64,000 nucleotides of DNA from a virus: the IMG/VR virus record IMGVR_UViG_3300042450_000503, positions 2,479 to 66,478 of that record, one strand, 5' to 3'. This document shows, one piece after another, positions 46,237-53,849 of the stretch (within the stretch, counting starts at the first letter, position 1; each line of letters begins with the position of its first letter). Both the position numbers and the translations under genes were made by a program. Below the pieces are notes generated by a model. The model saw only the letters and a list, made by a program, of their open reading frames with translations. It made no database searches and was not told where the DNA came from.

Positions 46237-46278
46237 TACAGTCTTAATACGATTGTATATTGATAATATATATGTAAC
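46237..46278 (+). promoter_or_regulatory. Early promoter-like motif P14
   Basis: TACAGTCTTAATACGA-N8-TGATAATATATATGTAAC; 16 bp before primase ATG. Confidence 0.8.
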
Positions 46279-46294
46279 AAATTAAATTTAATAG

Positions 46295-48001
46295 ATGCAA
46301 ACAACAGAGATAAATGGTTTTTTGATTGACCAATTCAATCAACACAAGCTTGAAGAGGGTAAGTCACAAGGTATTTGTCCATTGTGTTCGCCTGATAGAA
46401 AGCCAAAGAATGAAAAAGCAAAGTGTGCATCTTATGATTGGGATCGCGGTATAGGCACGTGTCATAACTGTAATAAAACTTTTCAACTACATACATATGA
46501 ACGTAAAGGCAAAAGTGAAAAAGTATATGTTAAACCCGACGTTGCTATACACGTTCCGCCAAGTTCAAAAGTTGTTGAATGGTTTGCAACACGTGGTATT
46601 TCAGAACAAACATTAAATGATCTTAAGGTAACTGAAGGCCAAGAATTCATGCCTCAAACCGCTAAACAAGAAAATGTAATCAATTTCAATTATTATGTTG
46701 GCGATCAACTTACAAACGTAAAATATAGAGACGGCCGTAAAAACTTTAAATTATATAAAGGAGCTGAAAAAGTATTCTATAATATTAATAGCATTGTAGG
46801 GTTTGAATATTGTGTTATTGTTGAAGGTGAGATGGACGTATTAGCACTGCACGAAGCAGGTATTACAAATGCAATATCAGTTCCAAACGGAGCTACATTA
46901 GGCACAAACAATCTTGAGTACTTAGATAATTGTATTGATTATTTTGAAGACAAAGATAAAATTATTATTGCAGTTGATTCAGACGTTGCAGGGCAAGCCT
47001 TACAAGCTGAACTAGTCAGACGGCTAGGATCAGAAACTTGTTATATTGCAACTTTCGATGATTGTAAAGACGCTAACGAATACTTAATTAAATATGGAAA
47101 AGAAGCACTATCACAAAGAATTTCAAGATCAAAACCCGTACCGCTTGAAAATGTTACAACTTTTAAAGACATTGAAGACGAGGTTACCGATTTTGTCAGA
47201 AACGGATTTAAACCTGGATTCCAAGTCGGACTGGATAACTTCGACAGTATTTTTTCTACGTATACTGGTCAGTTCATTACTGTTACCGGCATTCCTAGCT
47301 CTGGCAAGTCTGATTTTGTTGATCAAATGGTTGTTGGTTATAATGAAAAGTATGGTTGGAAGACTGCGTATGCTTCTCCTGAAAATCATCCAACGTATCT
47401 ACATGCCCACAAGTTAATGCGTAAAACATGGCAAGGTATGCCTAGAGTTGATGATATTAAAACAGAAAAGTGGAATCAAGTTGCAGATCACGTTAATGAT
47501 AATTATTTCTTTATTGACATGGAACGTTATACATTAGAATCTGTATTAAGAAAAGGGGCTGAGCTAGTTAAACGTAAAGGAATTAAATGCTTAGTTATTG
47601 ATCCATTTAACAAAGTAAGATCTGCTGATCCATCTGGCGATGTTAATGTTTATACATTAGAGTATTTAAGTCAGATTGAAATCTTTGCTAAAAAATACGA
47701 TGTGCTAGTAATGATTGTAGCCCACCCTACTAAAATGTACAAAGATTCAAAAGGTAATATTGAAGAACCTACAATGTACAATATTAAAGGTGGCGGCGAA
47801 TGGTATGATGCATCCTATCACGGATTATTAGTTCACAGGAACTATGAAGATAAAACTGTTAAAGTTAAAGTGCTTAAATGTAAGTTTCAAAACCTCGGCG
47901 AGAATGGCGCTGAATGTCATTTTAAGTGGGAACCTAACTCAGGATGTTTCCTTCCGCATATACCAGCAGTAGGATCTGATGATAAAATGCCCTGGGAATA
48001 A
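46295..48001 (+). CDS. T7 gp4/Twinkle-like primase-helicase
   Basis: 568 aa; Zn ribbon CPLC..CHNC, TOPRIM VEGEMD / DSDVAG / KDANE, Walker A GIPSSGKS, Walker B LVIDP. Confidence 0.95.
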   Translation: MQTTEINGFLIDQFNQHKLEEGKSQGICPLCSPDRKPKNEKAKCASYDWDRGIGTCHNCNKTFQLHTYERKGKSEKVYVKPDVAIHVPPSSKVVEWFATRGISEQTLNDLKVTEGQEFMPQTAKQENVINFNYYVGDQLTNVKYRDGRKNFKLYKGAEKVFYNINSIVGFEYCVIVEGEMDVLALHEAGITNAISVPNGATLGTNNLEYLDNCIDYFEDKDKIIIAVDSDVAGQALQAELVRRLGSETCYIATFDDCKDANEYLIKYGKEALSQRISRSKPVPLENVTTFKDIEDEVTDFVRNGFKPGFQVGLDNFDSIFSTYTGQFITVTGIPSSGKSDFVDQMVVGYNEKYGWKTAYASPENHPTYLHAHKLMRKTWQGMPRVDDIKTEKWNQVADHVNDNYFFIDMERYTLESVLRKGAELVKRKGIKCLVIDPFNKVRSADPSGDVNVYTLEYLSQIEIFAKKYDVLVMIVAHPTKMYKDSKGNIEEPTMYNIKGGGEWYDASYHGLLVHRNYEDKTVKVKVLKCKFQNLGENGAECHFKWEPNSGCFLPHIPAVGSDDKMPWE

Positions 48002-48342
48002 TGGGTAGTGGATCTAAAAGCAAAGGTACTATAGACATGGGTAATTATACGCCTAACATTAAAGAGCAAGAGGCTTATACATGGTGCATAAGAAACAATA
48101 TATATATATCACCTAAAGCAAAGAGCACAACAGAATGGTACCTTACTATTACTATTAATGGTAAAGAGTCACAAAGCCCGCCATTTTATAAAAAGATTGA
48201 TATATGGAAACAACTATATAAATTCTATGTTTATTATTATGATAAATATGCAAATAAGATAGAAGTTAAAACCGTAGAAGATCCAAAAAGTAAGTTAAAG
48301 AAAGAAGTAGGAAAACCAAATAACAATTTAAAATTATTCTAA
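48001..48342 (+). CDS. Hypothetical protein
   Basis: 113 aa; WCIRNNIYISP. Confidence 0.65.
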   Translation: MGSGSKSKGTIDMGNYTPNIKEQEAYTWCIRNNIYISPKAKSTTEWYLTITINGKESQSPPFYKKIDIWKQLYKFYVYYYDKYANKIEVKTVEDPKSKLKKEVGKPNNNLKLF

Positions 48343-48343
48343 T

Positions 48344-49114
48344 ATGATAACAAAGTATGAATCCCAATACAAAGCTTTATTATGGAAATGCTTAACCCGT
48401 AGTGTACATAGAAACGACCGCACTGGCGTTGGGTCTAGATCTATATTCAATGCTAGTCTAAGGATTGATCTTAAAGATAGTTTCCCTTTATTAACTGGTA
48501 GAAAAATGTTTCAAAAAACTTTTGATACAGAATTTGAATGGCTTATGAATGGCGAAACTAATATACAAAGATTTAGAGATGCTGGCGTAAAGATATGGGA
48601 TGCTTGGGCTGATGATAATGGAGATCTTGGGCCTGTGTATGGGCATCAAATGCGCAATTTTAACGATCAAAATATAGATCAGATGCAAATGCTTATTAAA
48701 AATTTAATTGCTGATCCAGACAGCCGTAGACACATTATAAGTTTATGGAATCCTGCACAATTAAAAGATATGAAATTGCCTCCATGCTATTTATACTTTC
48801 AGTTTTTTGTTGATGGCAAAGATCTTAATATGTTTGTTGTGCAAAGATCAGGCGATATGTTCTTAGGTATACCTTATGATGTTGCTTTATTCTCCAAAGT
48901 ACTTTTATATGTAGCTGATAAAGTAGGGCTGCAAGCTAATTATATAGATCTACAAATTGTAGATGCTCACATTTATGAGAATCAAGTTGAGGCTATACAC
49001 AAATACTTTGAAGAAAAGAGCTTTGACGCTCCAAAGTACATTTATGAAAACGGCTTATTAACCTTAATAAATTACAAGCATGGCCCGGTAATTTCAGCAA
49101 AAGTGGCTATTTAA
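48344..49114 (+). CDS. thyA: Thymidylate synthase
   Basis: DRTGVG, DLGPVYGHQMR, LPPC, QRSGDMFLGIPY, DAHIYENQ. Confidence 0.95.
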   Translation: MITKYESQYKALLWKCLTRSVHRNDRTGVGSRSIFNASLRIDLKDSFPLLTGRKMFQKTFDTEFEWLMNGETNIQRFRDAGVKIWDAWADDNGDLGPVYGHQMRNFNDQNIDQMQMLIKNLIADPDSRRHIISLWNPAQLKDMKLPPCYLYFQFFVDGKDLNMFVVQRSGDMFLGIPYDVALFSKVLLYVADKVGLQANYIDLQIVDAHIYENQVEAIHKYFEEKSFDAPKYIYENGLLTLINYKHGPVISAKVAI

Positions 49115-49129
49115 CCTTAAAAACAAAAT

Positions 49130-49966
49130 ATGAAAACAAAAAAAGATCAAAAAATGTATTATTTATATCACATACCTGGTAAAAAGATAGGCATGACAAG
49201 TAATATATATAGTAGAGTCATTAAGCAACAAGGATATAAGTTTGGTGAATTTGAAATATTAGAATCATCTATAGACTTAGACACTATAGAACAATTAGAA
49301 AAACTTTATCAAACCAAATATGGATATAAGAATGATCTTAATTCCTATACAGACGCAAAAAACAGTCCTATTAATCAATTCAAATCAAATAAAACTATGT
49401 ACACAAATGTAACCCCACAAACAGTAACTTTTCCAGTTCCAATTAAAGATCTAAGAAATTATTTAACAAATGGTATCAATGCAACCTTTGAAACCAACTA
49501 TGGTAAATATCTTGTAAATCAAGAGCTAATTGATATTATAGTAAAAAACGCAAGAGAATCAATGTTTAGAAGCACAGCTTGTTATATATATAATAAAGTA
49601 TTATTTGAAGAAACCAATAAGCCCGCTGTTATTGAAGAAGAAACAACTAAAGAAGCTTACTTTGATCCAAATAATGTCTATGATCTTATTAGATTATGGG
49701 CGTCAAACAGGGGCATATACAAAGAAGGCGATACAAAAACACAATTCGCAAAATTGCAAGAAGAATCTGGAGAATTAGCAAGGGCTATATTAAAAAAGAA
49801 TAAACCAGAATTTATTGATGCTATTGGCGATATGGTTGTTGTGTTAACTAATCTAGCCGCATTAGAAGGATTAAAGATTGAAGATTGTGTTACATCAGCT
49901 TATGAAGTAATTGCAAGTCGTAAGGGCAAAATGGTTAATGGAACATTTGTAAAAGAAACACTATAA
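49130..49966 (+). CDS. MazG-like NTP pyrophosphohydrolase with N-terminal extension
   Basis: KLQEESGELA...DAIGDMVVVL...RKGKMVNGTFVKE. Confidence 0.85.
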   Translation: MKTKKDQKMYYLYHIPGKKIGMTSNIYSRVIKQQGYKFGEFEILESSIDLDTIEQLEKLYQTKYGYKNDLNSYTDAKNSPINQFKSNKTMYTNVTPQTVTFPVPIKDLRNYLTNGINATFETNYGKYLVNQELIDIIVKNARESMFRSTACYIYNKVLFEETNKPAVIEEETTKEAYFDPNNVYDLIRLWASNRGIYKEGDTKTQFAKLQEESGELARAILKKNKPEFIDAIGDMVVVLTNLAALEGLKIEDCVTSAYEVIASRKGKMVNGTFVKETL

Positions 49967-49967
49967 T

Positions 49968-50447
49968 ATGACAAAACAAGAAATTGAATTTAGAGATCCG
50001 GTTGTACAATCAGTAGTAAACAAATTTGTAGATCGTTCTGATGTAGGCTTTGCTAAGTATGGCAAAACAATGCGTGACGACAAATCTGATGTATTTATTT
50101 GGCTTAATCATTTGCAAGAAGAACTTATGGATGCTACATTGTATCTTCAACGTTTAAAAGAAGAAATATCTACATTGCGTGAAGAAAAAGCATTGCTAAA
50201 AGAACTAAATGATATTGATGTTATAGATGCTTTTGAACTTCTTAGTGATAAAAAAAAACAATGGAAAGATTCCAAGAAGCACAAGAAGCCTGGAACTGGA
50301 CGTGGTGATCATTATTCATTTACTATAGATGAACCCGATCATAAAGATTGGAAAGATATAATAGATCAAAGTCCTTTAGTAAATTTTGCAGAATTCTTTC
50401 GTCCAACATGCAGAACAACCACTATGCCTGATGCGCAAGATAAGTAG
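49968..50447 (+). CDS. Phage protein with MazG-like helical motif
   Basis: RSDVGFAKYG...WLNHLQEELMDATLY. Confidence 0.6.
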   Translation: MTKQEIEFRDPVVQSVVNKFVDRSDVGFAKYGKTMRDDKSDVFIWLNHLQEELMDATLYLQRLKEEISTLREEKALLKELNDIDVIDAFELLSDKKKQWKDSKKHKKPGTGRGDHYSFTIDEPDHKDWKDIIDQSPLVNFAEFFRPTCRTTTMPDAQDK

Positions 50448-50877
50448 AAAAAAAGGACCAGTAACTTCTAAGGTGGTATCATATGATGGTATCACCTTTA
50501 AATCTGGATTAGAGAAGTACATGTATAAAGCATTGAAAGACGCTGGCATACCTGCTGAATATGAAAAATATACATTTGAATTACTACCGTCGTTTACATT
50601 CTTAAATGATTGTATAGAAAGACAGGCTAATAGTAAAGGTGATTTTATAAACAGAGGTAATAAAAAAGTTTTAAATTTAAAATACACGCCAGATTTTGTT
50701 GGTGATGGATTTATAATAGAAACTAAAGGCAGAGCAAATGATGCTTTCCCATTGCGTTGGAAAATGTTCAAACATTTAATGATGCTAACGAGCGACAATA
50801 GATCTTTATACAAACCTCAGTCACAAAAAGAATGTGATATTACAATTGAATTAATTTTAAAACCCAAAAACAAATGA
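50386..50877 (+). CDS. T7 endonuclease I-like junction resolvase
   Basis: FKSGLE, YTPDF, IIETKG; probable start 50431. Confidence 0.8.
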   Translation: MQNSFVQHAEQPLCLMRKISRKKGPVTSKVVSYDGITFKSGLEKYMYKALKDAGIPAEYEKYTFELLPSFTFLNDCIERQANSKGDFINRGNKKVLNLKYTPDFVGDGFIIETKGRANDAFPLRWKMFKHLMMLTSDNRSLYKPQSQKECDITIELILKPKNK

Positions 50878-51065
50878 CAAAGAAAAAAGCAACACCCATG
50901 CCAGAAGTTCCAAACTTTAATCAAGATGATGATAAATATTGGAGTATAACAATTGGATTTTATCCAGGAATATTATTTGGCTTTAGATCGTATGTAGAAA
51001 AAGATTTTACAACGCATGTATTATACTTGCCATTTATAGATATTGCATTAGAGATAGATAATTAA
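50874..51065 (+). CDS. Hypothetical protein
   Basis: 63 aa. Confidence 0.6.
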   Translation: MTKKKATPMPEVPNFNQDDDKYWSITIGFYPGILFGFRSYVEKDFTTHVLYLPFIDIALEIDN

Positions 51066-51081
51066 TAATTAAAAACCAAAC

Positions 51082-52950
51082 ATGAGTTTAACATTAGACA
51101 AGCAGATTTTAAGTGATATTACAGTATACACTAAATATGCTAAATATTTACCCGCTAAGGAAAGAAGAGAGACTTGGCGGGAATTAGTAACCAGGAATAT
51201 GGAAATGCACATTGCTAAGTTTCCTGAAATGAAAGAATCAATAACAGCCATATATGAAAATTTTGTATTCACTAAAAAAGTTTTACCTTCGATGCGAAGC
51301 TTACAGTTTGGTGGTAAAGCTATTGAGCTTAATAATGCTCGCATTTATAACTGTGCTTTCCTACCTGTTGATAGTATTCATAGTTTTTCTGAGACTATGT
51401 TTTTATTGCTTGGAGGTACTGGCGTTGGTTATTCGGTCCAACAACATCAAATTGATAAACTACCTGAGATTAGAAAACCTAATTACGATCGTAAGAAGAA
51501 GTATGTCGTGCAAGACAGTATTATAGGTTGGGCAGATGCGGTTAAAACTTTATTCAAATCCTATACAGGAGCAATGACTTCTCATATTGAGTTTGATTTA
51601 TCTGACATAAGACAGAAAGGCGCATTGCTTGTAACGGCAGGAGGTAAAGCGCCGGGGCCAGAGCCTTTGCGTATAGCATTAGTAAAGATTGAAGCAATTC
51701 TTAGAACAAAAGAAGATAGATCTAAACTTACAGATATTGAGTGTCACGATATTCAGTGTCATATTGCCGATGCCGTTTTAGCTGGTGGTATACGTAGAGC
51801 AGCAATGATTTCATTGTTTGACCTTGATAGTAATGCAATGTTAAATTGTAAAGCAGGAAATTGGTGGGAAGATAATCCGCAAAGAGGTAGATCAAATAAT
51901 TCAGTAGTACTTTTAAGACATAAAATTGATAAAAAAACATTTGACAAAGTTTGGGAACGTATTGAGGCTTCTGGATCGGGCGAGCCAGGCATTTACCTTA
52001 CTAATGATAAAGATTGGGGCACTAATCCTTGTTGTGAGATTGCTTTACGTCCTTATCAGTTCTGTAATTTAACAGAGATTAATATGTCTGATATTGAGGA
52101 TCAAGAGGACTTTAATGCAAGAGCGTCGGCCGCATCATTCTTAGGAACGTTGCAAGCATCGTATTCAGATTTCCATTACTTACGTGATATATGGAGAAAA
52201 AACACAGAAAAAGACGCGTTGCTTGGAGTATCAATGACAGGCATTGCATCAGAATCAAACTTAAAACTAAACTATGAAGAAGCAGCACAAACTGTTAAGG
52301 AAACAAATAATATTATTGCAGCGGCTCTTAATATCAACAAAGCGGCCAGAACCACCGCAGTTAAGCCGGCCGGAACGACTAGCCTTGTACTTGGCACTTC
52401 TAGCGGTATTCACGCTTGGCATAATGACTATTATATTCGCCGTATGCGCTTAGGTAAGAATGAAGCAATCTATTCTTATCTTGCAATAAATCATCCAGAA
52501 TTGATTGAAGACGAATATTTTAATCCAACATTACAGTCAGTCATATCTGTGCCACAAAAGGCTCCAAATGGCGCTATAACACGATACGAGTCAACATTAG
52601 ATGCGCTTGAAAGAGTAAAGCTAATATCTAAAGATTGGGTTAAGCCTGGTCACATTAAAGGTAACAACACGCATAATGTTTCGTGTACAGTTTCTGTAAG
52701 AGACGATGAATGGAAAATTGTTGGCGAGTGGATGTGGGCAAATAAAGAATACTATAACGGATTATCTGTTTTACCATATCATGGCGGTACATATAAGCAA
52801 ACGCCGTTTGAGGATTGTACTAAGGAAGTATACGAACAAATGATGCTAACATTAAAAGACGTTGATCTATCTAAGGTAATTGAAATACAAGATAATACTA
52901 ATTTTGGTGAGTCAGTTGCCTGTGGACCAGGTGGTTGCGAAATAACATAG
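51082..52950 (+). CDS. nrdJ: Class II (adenosylcobalamin) ribonucleotide reductase
   Basis: 622 aa; RRETW, YNCAF, GGIRRAA, TNPCCEI, FCNLTEIN, VKPAGTTS, C-terminal ACGPGGCEI; no beta-subunit gene. Confidence 0.9.
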   Translation: MSLTLDKQILSDITVYTKYAKYLPAKERRETWRELVTRNMEMHIAKFPEMKESITAIYENFVFTKKVLPSMRSLQFGGKAIELNNARIYNCAFLPVDSIHSFSETMFLLLGGTGVGYSVQQHQIDKLPEIRKPNYDRKKKYVVQDSIIGWADAVKTLFKSYTGAMTSHIEFDLSDIRQKGALLVTAGGKAPGPEPLRIALVKIEAILRTKEDRSKLTDIECHDIQCHIADAVLAGGIRRAAMISLFDLDSNAMLNCKAGNWWEDNPQRGRSNNSVVLLRHKIDKKTFDKVWERIEASGSGEPGIYLTNDKDWGTNPCCEIALRPYQFCNLTEINMSDIEDQEDFNARASAASFLGTLQASYSDFHYLRDIWRKNTEKDALLGVSMTGIASESNLKLNYEEAAQTVKETNNIIAAALNINKAARTTAVKPAGTTSLVLGTSSGIHAWHNDYYIRRMRLGKNEAIYSYLAINHPELIEDEYFNPTLQSVISVPQKAPNGAITRYESTLDALERVKLISKDWVKPGHIKGNNTHNVSCTVSVRDDEWKIVGEWMWANKEYYNGLSVLPYHGGTYKQTPFEDCTKEVYEQMMLTLKDVDLSKVIEIQDNTNFGESVACGPGGCEIT

Positions 52951-52951
52951 T

Positions 52952-53515
52952 ATGATATATATAGAAGACGATTTCTTAGATATTAATCTAATTAATTATT
53001 TAAACAATGACAAAACAGACTTCCAGGAAATAAAGACTCCTGGAAAGTCTTTTTGGGTTAAAAAACCTACTGAGAATTTTGTAGAATTAGTTTGTGAAAA
53101 GTTATCTAAAATAGAAAACTGTACCATACAACCGATATTAAGTTTTTTTAGAGAGGCAAAAGAAGGACAAGACAATGATTGGAGAATACATAATGATTCT
53201 ATTATAGAAGGTCAACAACCAGACAGAGCAATAGTATTATATGTTTCAGAAAACAATTATTGTGACTTAAATGGAACCGCTTTTTGGGAACATTGGAAAC
53301 ATGGAGAAAAACTTGAAAATATTACACAGGAAGAATTTGACAGACTATTAATAAAAGACTCTAATGATAGAGATAAGTGGTTATTAAAATCTGTAATAGG
53401 TCATAAACAAAATAGATTGTTATCTTATCCATGTAATTATTTTCATAGTAAATATCCTAATGAATTTTTGAATAGTAGAAAAGTATTTGTAATGTTTTAT
53501 AAAATAGAAAAATGA
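52952..53515 (+). CDS. 2OG-Fe(II) oxygenase-like protein
   Basis: 187 aa; IHND, GTAFW, NRLLSYPCNYFHS, RKVFVMF. Confidence 0.75.
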   Translation: MIYIEDDFLDINLINYLNNDKTDFQEIKTPGKSFWVKKPTENFVELVCEKLSKIENCTIQPILSFFREAKEGQDNDWRIHNDSIIEGQQPDRAIVLYVSENNYCDLNGTAFWEHWKHGEKLENITQEEFDRLLIKDSNDRDKWLLKSVIGHKQNRLLSYPCNYFHSKYPNEFLNSRKVFVMFYKIEK

Positions 53516-53763
53516 AAGAAACAAGTTTAATTGAAATGAAGAATAAGGTTGAAGCAATAATAAGAGTGCTCCAACAAGTTATGGACGAACAAAAGCATTT
53601 AACAACGTTAACTGTTGGAATGCTGGAAGCCGTCAAATTAATGCCGGGTTATGATGATGCTATCAAAGCTCTAACTGAGCGTGCTAAAGAAAATTTAGAA
53701 GCAAAAGAAAAAATCAGTGATGAATTAAAATTAGCAGCTGATAATGCAGTTATAGTAAATTAA
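53512..53763 (+). CDS. Hypothetical protein
   Basis: 83 aa, last gene of rightward unit. Confidence 0.65.
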   Translation: MKETSLIEMKNKVEAIIRVLQQVMDEQKHLTTLTVGMLEAVKLMPGYDDAIKALTERAKENLEAKEKISDELKLAADNAVIVN

Positions 53764-53772
53764 ATTAAATAG

Positions 53773-53804
53773 GAAAAGGGAGGCTAATTAAAGCTTCCCT
53801 TTTC
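53773..53804. terminator. Bidirectional terminator between convergent units
   Basis: GAAAAGGGAGGCT-AATTAA-AGCTTCCCTTTTC. Confidence 0.8.
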
Positions 53805-53849
53805 ATTTATGGAACATTAGGTATGGTGCCTAGTCTATATCGTTCCTAT

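Noticed and set aside
31222-46278. The 42-bp repeats as a CRISPR array or integron attC cassettes
   Set aside because: Spacing is 200-3800 bp with whole genes between, the repeat has a variable N8 core, is not palindromic, and no cas or integrase gene is present
48344-52950. Introns or inteins in thyA, nrdJ, primase-helicase or terL
   Set aside because: All are uninterrupted and of normal length with no intein terminal motifs
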